In this document: positions 18,237 to 27,266 of the stretch, one piece after another
How positions within the stretch are numbered: the stretch's first letter is position 1
Layout: each line of letters begins with the position of its first letter
DNA from: a candidate division WOR-3 bacterium
GTDB lineage: Bacteria > Hydrothermota > Tepidihabitantia > Tepidihabitantales > Tepidihabitantaceae
Length of the DNA stretch: 33,222 bases
NCBI GenBank assembly: GCA_039801225.1
Contig: JBDRUH010000014.1
Location: 1-33,222 of the forward strand
Reading direction: 5' to 3'
Position numbers and translations under genes: made by a program
The notes under the pieces: model-generated
Database searches by the model: none
Told to the model about the DNA's origin: nothing
Seen by the model: the letters and a program-made list of their open reading frames with translations, nothing else

Positions 18237-19187
18237 CTAATCCCGCCCCGAGCGAACTGACACTTGTCCCAAACCCATTAGAAGAGGAGCTTGTTCCGGG
18301 CGGAGCCTGCCCCGAGCGAAGGGATTCCTCCACTCGCCGTTGGCTCGGTCGGAATGACGGAGCCGAGGGGCCCTCGCAATGACGGAGCCGAGGGGCTCGG
18401 CATGACGAGCCGATGGGTTGGAATCAGCCGATTGTCGTTGACTTCCAGTGAAATAAAATATCTCGGCCAGACCTCTATTGGCCAGGTCCTGGTCTACAGT
18501 TTTAATCCATTTTAGGTGGCGTTTAAATTGAAATGCGGCGCCACCAGTAGCAACTATTAGGTAATCTCTTTTTCTGCGACGGGTAATCTCACTGACTATC
18601 CGGTTTAACCCGCCAATAATCAGGTTGCCGACACCCGCCTGAATCGCGGTGTGGGTAGTTAGGGTTAAGGGGTTCGCCCGGAAGGCAAAAGTAACCCGAG
18701 GCAGTCTGGCAGTTTTTTCTGCCAGTGCCGAAAATATCATCTCTGCACCCGGCAGAATTGGACCCCCCAAGAAGATTCCCTCCTTCTGGACAATATTGAG
18801 CGTAATAGCCGTGCCAAAATCAATTATGATAAGATTATCCTGAAAACGGAAATAGCCACCTACTGCAACGCACACCCGGTCAGCGCCAACAAGCCTTCGG
18901 TCATAGCGGAATCTTAATGGTGTCGGAGTTTTAGCAGTAAGTAAGAGTGTCGGCACTTGACGCCGCAGTGTTAGATAGATTGGATAAGTCAATTGGGGGA
19001 CAACCGAAGCAACCGCCGCACCTTGAATATTTTTGAAAGAACCGAAAACTTTAGACACTAAACCGGCCTTTGGTCTTCTGGCTAGTGTCAACCGAGCGGT
19101 AGGAAGAACTTTCCGGCGATAGATGCGGTGATTTTCAAACCAACAGAGTCGGGTATTGGTATTGCCGATAAGAACGGTAAGAATCAT
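18237..19187 (-). CDS. coaX: Type III pantothenate kinase with a repeat-derived C-terminal extension
   Basis: IGNTNT, ASVVP, GADR, IDFGTA, GGPILPG, ATGG; follows birA. Confidence 0.88.
   Translation of the reverse strand: MILTVLIGNTNTRLCWFENHRIYRRKVLPTARLTLARRPKAGLVSKVFGSFKNIQGAAVASVVPQLTYPIYLTLRRQVPTLLLTAKTPTPLRFRYDRRLVGADRVCVAVGGYFRFQDNLIIIDFGTAITLNIVQKEGIFLGGPILPGAEMIFSALAEKTARLPRVTFAFRANPLTLTTHTAIQAGVGNLIIGGLNRIVSEITRRRKRDYLIVATGGAAFQFKRHLKWIKTVDQDLANRGLAEIFYFTGSQRQSADSNPSARHAEPLGSVIARAPRLRHSDRANGEWRNPFARGRLRPEQAPLLMGLGQVSVRSGRD
18306..18413 (-). repeat. Cluster of CGTC-type palindromic repeats
   Basis: ATGACG(G)AGCCGA at 18354, 18379 and 18402; GATTCCTCCACT...TCGGTCGGAATGAC shared with 33141-33166; CCTGCCCCGAGC shared with 1571 and 6889. 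Confidence 0.85.
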
Positions 19188-19972
19188 CGCAATTGTTTGA
19201 CTTGACCGGCATTGAAAATTGCTAATTTACCGGAATCGGTGCGCAGCACAATTCTACCCGAGTCATCAATGTCAATGACGGTACCAATATACTTCCGGAA
19301 AAGGGTTCGAATTTCCACCCGGTGATGAATGATTGCCGAGCGGTTCTTAATTTCTGCCCAAAGGGTGGTGGTCTCGCATTTCTTAAGTAAATCAAGGCAG
19401 TTAAAGAAATCGGTCAAGAAAGCCTCTAAAAGAACCATCCGGTCAAACTTCTGGTGAAAGGTAAGAAAAAGGGAGGAAGCCTCTGGTAGATTTTCCGGTA
19501 GAAGGGATTGATTCACATTTATACCGATACCTACCACTACCGCATTGCGTCGTTGTTCACAGAGTATCCCAGCAACTTTCTTACCGTCAACGATAAGGTC
19601 ATTAGGCCAGCGGAGCAAAGGTGGGGACTTCTCACAGAGCGCGCTACCGGCTAAGCGCTCAATTGCCCGACAAAGGGCAAGTCCGGCAAACTGGGTAATA
19701 CTATTGGGGGAGGAAATATTTTTCTCTAAGAATAATAGGATGGAGAAGAGGAGACTCTCCTCGTCGCCAAACCAGTGGCGCCGAAATCTACCCCTGCCTT
19801 TTGTCTGTTTTCGGGCAACTACAATAGCCGGTTCCTGCTCTCGCCTTGGACCAGGGGTGGCAAGACCGAACGCATAGTCATTAGTGGAAGAGACGGTATC
19901 CAAAAGGTATAACCTGCCGAATCGGGCAATCCGGTTGAGCAGTTCACCGGGAATCGTTTGATGGGTGTTCAT
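19184..19972 (-). CDS. birA: Biotin-protein ligase (no N-terminal HTH)
   Basis: SSTN, QTKGRGR, WPND, KVAGIL, GIGINV. Confidence 0.93.
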   Translation of the reverse strand: MNTHQTIPGELLNRIARFGRLYLLDTVSSTNDYAFGLATPGPRREQEPAIVVARKQTKGRGRFRRHWFGDEESLLFSILLFLEKNISSPNSITQFAGLALCRAIERLAGSALCEKSPPLLRWPNDLIVDGKKVAGILCEQRRNAVVVGIGINVNQSLLPENLPEASSLFLTFHQKFDRMVLLEAFLTDFFNCLDLLKKCETTTLWAEIKNRSAIIHHRVEIRTLFRKYIGTVIDIDDSGRIVLRTDSGKLAIFNAGQVKQLR

Positions 19973-19975
19973 AGA

Positions 19976-21658
19976 TCACTCTTGACGAAGTCTAATGAGT
20001 TTCACTGGTTCATAACCTGAAATGGTAAGGAAATAAATTCCTGCCGGAATTTGTTCACCATTTTTACCCCTACCATTCCATACCGCTTTAAATTCGGTTT
20101 GCCTTTTGAACTCATTTACTAATCTCCCCTCTTGAGAGTAGATTGCAATTGTCGGAGGTAGAGGATTATCGTTAATAGACTGAATTGATACCATTCCCCA
20201 TCCCAGACTATTGACCACCTTCAATTGAGAAACCATCCTGAGCGGTTGGGCTTCGGCTATACTCGTTGGTGTTGTGTTGAGAAACAGGTAATTGCCCTCG
20301 TTAGGCTCCCAATTGGTCACCGCCAGATCGGGGTAGGTTGAATAACGATAATAAACTTGCACTCCGTCACTACCGGCAGTTGGTGGTGTGGCAAAACTAA
20401 TCCATCCCAAGAGCGGGTCGTAACAGTATTGAGTATTAGAGCAAAGAACACCATTTACTAAAACGCTATCAAGGAATTGCACTGGACGATGGCTGAGATG
20501 GAAAAGTTTTTGTATGCCATTACCCGTAAATGTGTCGGTAGATGCCTCCAGATGGCAGTTTCTTATATCACCCCAGACAAGCGCTTCGCCTACCAATTTC
20601 TCGGGGTAAGAGGGATACCAGGACCAGGCAGGTAAAGTGTCAAGCATACCATTATGGTTCTGGTAAACCACCACCGGTTTCCACCAGCCGCCCGCCGCCA
20701 GTTCTGGGTAACCATCGCCATTCACATCGCCCCAGGCGACACAGGAGGAATAATTGTTCCTCCCTTGCCGTTGCATATGAAATGTTGCCACGGTGTCTAA
20801 ACTCCCGTTGTTGTTATGAAATACCATAATGCCATTGGGGTCACCCAGTTGGTCATTGGCTGCTGCCGCCAGGTCAAGATAGCCATCGCCATCATAGTCA
20901 CCAAATGCCAGGCGTAAAACCCAGCCGACATTCTTGCGGGCAACCCAGGAGGGAATTGTGTCCAAAGAACCATTTTCGTTTCGGTACATAACAATTTTCC
21001 GCCGGTGTCCAACAAACAAATCCAGATCGCCGTCATTGTCAATATCGGCAAAGCGAATCGCATCGGAAGCGGTGTCCAGTTTACTATACCAAGAAGGCAT
21101 CGTCTCAAAGACCCCGGCATTGTTTTTGTAGATACGCACCCGGTCCATTTCTTCTTGATAAGCATCACCGGCACTGATAGCCAGGTCAAGGTCACCATCA
21201 AGGTCGTAGTCGCCCAGACAGCAATCAAAAGATGAGACGCGGTCCGCCGCCCGCCAGTATGGCTGGGAGTCAAGACCGGCACCGTTATTGAGATAAATTC
21301 TGGTTACCATTTTCGTCGTGGAGGTGTCTGGTCCGAGATAGGCAACCGCTAAGTCCAAAAGCCCATCATTATTCACATCTCCAGTATAGGAGTGACCAAA
21401 ATTCCCCTGGTCGGCCGAGCGCCAGGAAGCGGTATTTTCCAGTGTGCCACTCTCATTTAAATAAACTGAATTGGAGTTATTTGCCATATCATTACCATTG
21501 GAAATTAAGAAATCAATATAACCATCACCATTCACATCGGCAAAACTCCCGCCAGTGGAATAATCATTATCGGATGATCGCCAATCCGGATTAGAAGGAA
21601 GTGGAATCTGAGCAAAGGTAATGGCAACTAGTGCAATGGGAACGATTAAAACTTTCAT
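19976..21658 (-). CDS. FG-GAP repeat protein with T9SS/FlgD-like C-terminal domain
   Basis: Repeated (G/A)DxDxDGxLDL units; C-terminal WNGRGKNG...AGIYFL. Confidence 0.88.
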   Translation of the reverse strand: MKVLIVPIALVAITFAQIPLPSNPDWRSSDNDYSTGGSFADVNGDGYIDFLISNGNDMANNSNSVYLNESGTLENTASWRSADQGNFGHSYTGDVNNDGLLDLAVAYLGPDTSTTKMVTRIYLNNGAGLDSQPYWRAADRVSSFDCCLGDYDLDGDLDLAISAGDAYQEEMDRVRIYKNNAGVFETMPSWYSKLDTASDAIRFADIDNDGDLDLFVGHRRKIVMYRNENGSLDTIPSWVARKNVGWVLRLAFGDYDGDGYLDLAAAANDQLGDPNGIMVFHNNNGSLDTVATFHMQRQGRNNYSSCVAWGDVNGDGYPELAAGGWWKPVVVYQNHNGMLDTLPAWSWYPSYPEKLVGEALVWGDIRNCHLEASTDTFTGNGIQKLFHLSHRPVQFLDSVLVNGVLCSNTQYCYDPLLGWISFATPPTAGSDGVQVYYRYSTYPDLAVTNWEPNEGNYLFLNTTPTSIAEAQPLRMVSQLKVVNSLGWGMVSIQSINDNPLPPTIAIYSQEGRLVNEFKRQTEFKAVWNGRGKNGEQIPAGIYFLTISGYEPVKLIRLRQE

Positions 21659-22564
21659 TTACACGATTCCACTCCGAGCAACCGGCGCTGAGAACTTAAG
21701 GATATATTCCCGAAACTCCTTTTGGAGGCACAGGGTGATTCTTCCGGGTTTATCCAGCCCGATTGTTTGCTGATTTATTTTTATCACTGGCATAATTTCC
21801 CAGGTGGTGCTGGTAACAAAAACCTCTTCAACTTGAGAAAGTTCTGACTCCGATACTGCGGTTTCAGAAACTGGCAGGTTGAGTTCGCGACAGAGTTCTA
21901 AAACCACGGACCGAGTAATACCGGGCAAGATGTGGTTGTTGAGCGGATGGGTAAAAACAGTACCATTTTTAACCACAAATAAATTGGTATGGGTCCCTTC
22001 AGTCAAGAATCCATTACGGACAAAAATCGCCTCCTGGGCGTTTTGTTCGTAAGCGAGTTGCCGGGCAAGGACACTTGGTAAAAGACCAATGGACTTTATG
22101 TCACATCTCTGCCATCGGATATCAGGAACGGTTATTGCTAAAATGCCCTTTCTCTGTTCCTCTTCTGGGGGAATGATTGGCGTAACAGAAATATAGAGGG
22201 TGGGAATAATTTCTTTCGGCGGGAACAAAAGATTCCGCTGCCAACACCCCCGGGTTACCTGAATATAGATAAAAGCATCCCTTTTCTCCAATTTGTTTTG
22301 TTTTAGAAGTTCCCAAGCGATTTCGGGAATTCTTGAAAAGTCGGGAAGTTCAATCCTGACCGCGGCAAGGCTATTTTTAAACCGGGAAAGGTGTTCCTGA
22401 AGTCGGAAGAAACGACCAAAATAGGTCCGGATTACCTCATAAACCCCATCGGCAAAATAAAAACCCCGGTCATCTGGTGATATGCGTGCCTTTTCCTTGG
22501 GCAAAAACACCCCTCTTGGCTCTTCAACCGAACGCAGATAACAAATATCCTTTTGTTCACTCAT
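21659..22564 (-). CDS. dat: D-amino acid aminotransferase-like (PLP fold IV)
   Basis: DRGFYFADGVYEV, YIQVTRG, DIRWQRCDIKS, EGTHTN, ILPGITR. Confidence 0.85.
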   Translation of the reverse strand: MSEQKDICYLRSVEEPRGVFLPKEKARISPDDRGFYFADGVYEVIRTYFGRFFRLQEHLSRFKNSLAAVRIELPDFSRIPEIAWELLKQNKLEKRDAFIYIQVTRGCWQRNLLFPPKEIIPTLYISVTPIIPPEEEQRKGILAITVPDIRWQRCDIKSIGLLPSVLARQLAYEQNAQEAIFVRNGFLTEGTHTNLFVVKNGTVFTHPLNNHILPGITRSVVLELCRELNLPVSETAVSESELSQVEEVFVTSTTWEIMPVIKINQQTIGLDKPGRITLCLQKEFREYILKFSAPVARSGIV

Positions 22565-22573
22565 CTTTAATAA

Positions 22574-22601
22574 ACTCTATGTGCCTTGAATAATAAGTCA
22601 A
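22574..22601 (-). promoter_or_regulatory. Putative promoter for the dat-tsaB operon
   Basis: TTGACT, 16 bp, TAGAGT, 9 nt, ATG 22564. Confidence 0.55.
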
Positions 22602-22635
22602 CAGATTCAGTTACGCTATCGCTTTCAGGAGTTGG

Positions 22636-23216
22636 TTATGGGAAAAAGAGAATGCGGTTTAGCGCGGCAATTAAATCATCCCGGGCTTCAGAAAGAACAG
22701 TATCCAAGGATAGGTCTATTTTCTCTTTCCCGTGCTGGATAATCACGCCGCCGGAAATTGGCAGTGGCTCGCCAATGCGAACGGTTGGAGACGAAGGGTT
22801 AAAACGGGCTGTGTCGGCTATTGAAAGGTGAATTGTAGCATCAGGTTGTGCGTTCTTTTCTATTAGCCTCCTCACTAATGCCAAATAGTCCGGACGGGAA
22901 AGAACCATTTCTTTTGCCTTTTGGCATACTGAATCAATAATTCGCCATCGCGCCTGAAGAAGAATTTTTTTTCTTTCCAACTCGGCTCTACTCCGGGCAT
23001 TGTCCAAAATAGCCTGTGTGCGCTCTTGAACCTTTTTAGCATTCTCCGCCTTCAGTTGCTCTATGAGCGCAACTTTTCTTTTTTCCATTTCGGATAATTG
23101 ATGTTCTTTTTCTCTTAAAATCGCCGCCACCTGTGCCCGAGCATCGGCAAGAATCTTTTCCACTAATCTGGCGACCGTCTGCTCTCCCCCTTCCGGACTT
23201 TTCATCCTGTCTGCCA

Positions 23217-23217
<1 letters not shown>
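22636..23217 (-). CDS. V/A-type ATPase subunit E
   Basis: KILADA coiled-coil N-terminus; ISGGVII...IDLS; position after subunit K. Confidence 0.88.
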
Positions 23218-23705
<488 letters not shown>

Positions 23706-23720
23706 TTAATTCATAATTAA

Positions 23721-25994
23721 TTATTTACCTGTCTCGTAGGTTACTACAAACCGTCTCTCCTCCCGAAATGGCACGAACGGCTCACCACCGCCCGTGTAAA
23801 ACCTCGGGAAGAACTCCACATACTGCAGACGCAACGAATGGACAAATGCGCCCAGCACATTCACGGCAATGTTATAGGAGTGACCGATAACTAAAACTAT
23901 CAAAGCAAGAAGAGGTCCTAAGACCGGCACCGGCAATATCATCCAGGCAATAACATTAATCGCCACCGCAACACCACCGGTGCACATCCCTAAAGCCATA
24001 AGCCGGATATAAGAAAGTAAAACACCAAGATAACTGGTCGCGCCATAGAGCGCATATCCGCCCCACATAAACTTCTTTACCAGCCGCTGACCCGCCGGGG
24101 AAAGAAAGTAAAAAACTATCCCTAAGATACCCGGCACTACCGCAGGCAGAATATGAAGTGAATAGAGCACAACTCCAATAAGGACCGCCACACCCAGTCC
24201 GATGGAAACCATCTTAGAAATTTTGGATTTGGGATTTTGGATTAAGGTCACTCCGGCATAGCCAATCATCCCAAGAAACAGCGCCAAAATTAGCCATTTT
24301 ATTTTAAGAAAAAGAGTAGGCAACCAGCCCATTCGGGCAGAAATATAAATAAAGAACAATCCTAAGAGCCCGAACCACAGCCACTGGGAGAATATCGTCG
24401 CCCGCTCCCTTCGGGTAAAAACAACAATCGCGGCGATGGCAAAAAGGAGTAATATAAGAAGAAGCGAGTTTGCCCATAACGGCAGGCTCTTGCCAAAAGC
24501 CAACCGTAAAGTCAGGCTGTTCAAAAAAAGAAACCAAGGCAACTGCCCTAATAGCCCCTCACCGTAGTTTTTTGTCCTTAGACAGTCGGCAATCTCAAAG
24601 ACAATGCCCGTTATCAACTGAATATAACCCAAGGCAATAGATAGAATGAAAAATTTTAAAGGTTCTTTCATCGGGTCAAACCACATTACCCGATTTTTGA
24701 ACGCAGCGAGCCAGCCTATTCCCAGCCGGTCAGGAATGTCACCAAACCAGCCGCCAACCAAAGCGCCGGCAGGAATGGTAAGAATGGCACCAATCAGAAT
24801 TATTCCTAAGAGTTTATTGTCTACCCCCATTCGCCGCATCAGAAAATAGGTAATTATCGCCAGAACAATTCCATAACCGGCATCGGTAAGACAAAGGGCA
24901 AAGAACATCCCGAAGAAAGGCGCAATAAGCCAGGTTGGGTCAAGTTCATTCGGCAGCGGTAACTGATACAACTCCAATACCAGTTCAAATGGACGCCACA
25001 GTCGTCGGTTTACCAATGCCACGGGCGGGTTCTCATTCTCTTCCGGCTTTATCCGGGCAAAAGTGACAAAATCGGTCTTTTGAACTAAAGAAGCCAGTTT
25101 CGGCATATCCCGGTCCTTTATCCAACCGTAAATCAAAAACACCGAATCGGTATGGGGCAATATCGCGCTAACCTCTTTCCTTTTTTGCCCGTTAAGAAGG
25201 GCATCCGCCTTTACCTTTAACTTAGGTAGTTCATCGCTTAAACGGAGTAACTCCTCCTCAATCCGTTTTACCTCTTGTATAATCCCTTTTTTCTCCTCCT
25301 CCAACTCCACGAGCGCATCAGCCGGTTTCTTTTCCTTTTTTGGTAAATCCACCTCTTCCCAACGACACACCTGAAGAATGGCAACAACTTCTGGTAACAT
25401 TTCCATTGCCACCGCTACAATCGCAAAAACTATACCCCCTTCCTCCTCCACCATTTGCAGCGCCGCCTCCCTCTCTAAAAGCATCTCTTGCGCCTTGATA
25501 AAATCCGTCCGACTGGGAAAACGCCCCAAAAGAACTTTTACCTTGGAAAAAGCGGTTAGCTCTCGGGGAGAATACGGAAGTTTTTTCCAGGGTGTTAGTT
25601 GACCTGTCTCATCAGCAATCACCCGCAGCCTATTCTGGAGTTCCTCTCTTCTTTTATTAAGATTCTCAATCTGGTTTAACTGCTGAATGGGCTCATAAGT
25701 AAGGGCAATCTCCTCATACTCATCCCTATTAAGATAAACCTTATCTTTTACCTTCTGTTTTCTGCCTCTTGGTTTCTTGCTTGCATCCTCCGTCTTACTC
25801 AACAGTTCAATTGTCTTTATTAGTTGCTGGACCATCTCCTCCTCGCCACTCGGCACCCGCTGGGCACTATCCGAAGGCTGCCAGCCGGTTTGGGTAATGT
25901 GAAAGATCCCGAGTCGCTGAAGGTTGGTTAAAAACTCATCCCTTTTCTCACGATGGACCGCGATAACAACCTTACTGACCCGCTCTATTGCCAT
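23721..25994 (-). CDS. ntpI: V/A-type ATPase subunit I
   Basis: ELDPT, DAGYG, SYIRLMALG, HSLRLQYVEFF..FYTGGG. Confidence 0.95.
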   Translation of the reverse strand: MAIERVSKVVIAVHREKRDEFLTNLQRLGIFHITQTGWQPSDSAQRVPSGEEEMVQQLIKTIELLSKTEDASKKPRGRKQKVKDKVYLNRDEYEEIALTYEPIQQLNQIENLNKRREELQNRLRVIADETGQLTPWKKLPYSPRELTAFSKVKVLLGRFPSRTDFIKAQEMLLEREAALQMVEEEGGIVFAIVAVAMEMLPEVVAILQVCRWEEVDLPKKEKKPADALVELEEEKKGIIQEVKRIEEELLRLSDELPKLKVKADALLNGQKRKEVSAILPHTDSVFLIYGWIKDRDMPKLASLVQKTDFVTFARIKPEENENPPVALVNRRLWRPFELVLELYQLPLPNELDPTWLIAPFFGMFFALCLTDAGYGIVLAIITYFLMRRMGVDNKLLGIILIGAILTIPAGALVGGWFGDIPDRLGIGWLAAFKNRVMWFDPMKEPLKFFILSIALGYIQLITGIVFEIADCLRTKNYGEGLLGQLPWFLFLNSLTLRLAFGKSLPLWANSLLLILLLFAIAAIVVFTRRERATIFSQWLWFGLLGLFFIYISARMGWLPTLFLKIKWLILALFLGMIGYAGVTLIQNPKSKISKMVSIGLGVAVLIGVVLYSLHILPAVVPGILGIVFYFLSPAGQRLVKKFMWGGYALYGATSYLGVLLSYIRLMALGMCTGGVAVAINVIAWMILPVPVLGPLLALIVLVIGHSYNIAVNVLGAFVHSLRLQYVEFFPRFYTGGGEPFVPFREERRFVVTYETGK

Positions 25995-26311
25995 TTCTCG
26001 CCGATCTTTTTTACCAATAGTTCCACCGCATTCTTAATCCGTTCCTCTGGCAGGTTACCGATGGCACTCGCTTCCCGTTCCGCTTCGGCAACAGTCCGCT
26101 CCAAGAGCCTCTTTGCCTCCTGTTCTGCTTTTCTCACTGCCGATTCAAACTCCTCTGCCAATTGTTTACGAAGTTCCTCAATTACCAAATTGGCATTTTC
26201 CTCCGCTTTCCTTATCGCCTGCCGACTTTCCTCCTCGGCACTACTTATCATCTGGCGTGCCTTTTCCTCGGCTTTTTTTATCTCCTGGACTATATCTATG
26301 TCTGCCGACAT
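25985..26311 (-). CDS. V/A-type ATPase subunit G/H
   Basis: IKKAEEKA coiled coil, ~108 aa, overlaps the start of subunit I. Confidence 0.8.
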   Translation of the reverse strand: MSADIDIVQEIKKAEEKARQMISSAEEESRQAIRKAEENANLVIEELRKQLAEEFESAVRKAEQEAKRLLERTVAEAEREASAIGNLPEERIKNAVELLVKKIGEKWQ

Positions 26312-26340
26312 ACTATTTAATCCTTTTTCCATTGATTCAA

Positions 26341-26432
26341 TTACCCGAATCAAGCCCTACATTTCGCCTCTTAAACCTGCCCTGAGCCCAGAGGGGAGGG
26401 AATTGCTTCGTCGCTTCGCTCCTCGCAATGAC
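26341..26432 (-). repeat. Mixed REP cluster upstream of the V-ATPase genes
   Basis: Degenerate GTAG copy at 26341-26361, CCTGCCCTGAGC at ~26376, and GTCATTGCGAGGAGCGAAGCGACGAAGCAAT at 26432-26402. Confidence 0.75.
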
Positions 26433-26517
26433 AAGGGGTGAGGAACTGGCAATAACATAGGACGAGAGGCTTGCCTTTTCATTCACTTTTACTCCTGAAC
26501 CAGGAAGTAATCTAATG

Positions 26518-27132
26518 TCAACAACTCCCCTCTTCTTCTTGTGTTTGAGGTACCGGTTCATCCATCGGTTTCACCGGAAAGCCAATATGGATTTTCATTG
26601 ACTCAGGCAGAACTTTCTCTTGGGTTAAATAAAACTCTATTGCCGGACCTACAATATTTAACCGCTGTTCTTTGATCCAGTAAATCAGTCTATCATAACT
26701 TGTTTGAATATTTTCGTAAGGACCCGAATGGACAGTAAGGACTAAATCCATCGGTAAGAGAGTCTCAACCTCAATCCCCGCATTCGGGTCTGAGTCCGTT
26801 CCCCGTGGAACCGGGATGCAAACTTTTACTGTCGGGGTGTCGTTAGAGTCAACATAAAATAAGGCAAATGGCTCTCCGAGGGGGGTGATTTGATTTGTCC
26901 CTAACCAGCTGGTTATCTCCCCTATCGTTTGCTTGATATTAAAAGTGTCCCCCGTGAGAGTTACGGCAGCCACGGTGGTTGAATCCATCTTTTTTGCCAT
27001 AACAATAAACGGCTCTTCTGCCACCTTTGGTTTTTCTGATTTTGTCCCGCAACCAATTATTACCAAGACTAATAGCAATATTAATACACCTGGGTAAATA
27101 GTTCGCCGTTGTTGCAACATTTTATTAAACAT
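26518..27132 (-). CDS. GyrI-like small-molecule-binding domain lipoprotein
   Basis: Lipobox IIGC; HSGPYENIQTSYDRL..WI; GPAIEFYL. Confidence 0.85.
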   Translation of the reverse strand: MFNKMLQQRRTIYPGVLILLLVLVIIGCGTKSEKPKVAEEPFIVMAKKMDSTTVAAVTLTGDTFNIKQTIGEITSWLGTNQITPLGEPFALFYVDSNDTPTVKVCIPVPRGTDSDPNAGIEVETLLPMDLVLTVHSGPYENIQTSYDRLIYWIKEQRLNIVGPAIEFYLTQEKVLPESMKIHIGFPVKPMDEPVPQTQEEEGSC

Positions 27133-27168
27133 AACTTTCCTATTTTAATTCAGTGGTAGTATTTACCA

Positions 27169-27260
27169 ATTATATCTTCTTCTTTCCCCTTGTCAAAATT
27201 GCGTTTAAAACTCCCTGCACCTTTAACTTTTTTGACACTGACCAGCAGTGCAGTTATTCT
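27169..27260. promoter_or_regulatory. Back-to-back divergent sigma70 promoters
   Basis: Minus: TTGACA (27196-27191), 16 bp, TATAAT (27174-27169). Plus: TTGACA (27232-27237), 17 bp, TATTCT (27255-27260), 6 nt, GTG 27267. Confidence 0.7.
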
Positions 27261-27266
27261 AAAAAA

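Noticed and set aside
18354..18413. Three short repeats as a possible mini-CRISPR array
   Set aside because: The period is only 23-25 bp with no unique spacers and no cas genes; the units match the dispersed CGTC palindrome family.
19912..19928. ACCTGCCGAATCGGGCA in birA resembling the palindrome at 1671-1688
   Set aside because: It has no GTAG tag, is short, and encodes plausible BirA N-terminal residues; it cannot be distinguished from chance.
26337..26561. ORFs 26337..26561(-) and 25953..26441(+)
   Set aside because: Translations of REP sequence (VIARSEATKQ) or antisense shadows of subunit H.
27153..27266. N-terminal 38 codons of the ORF-track nucleotidyltransferase call
   Set aside because: They overlap the divergent promoters; GTG 27267 is the better start.
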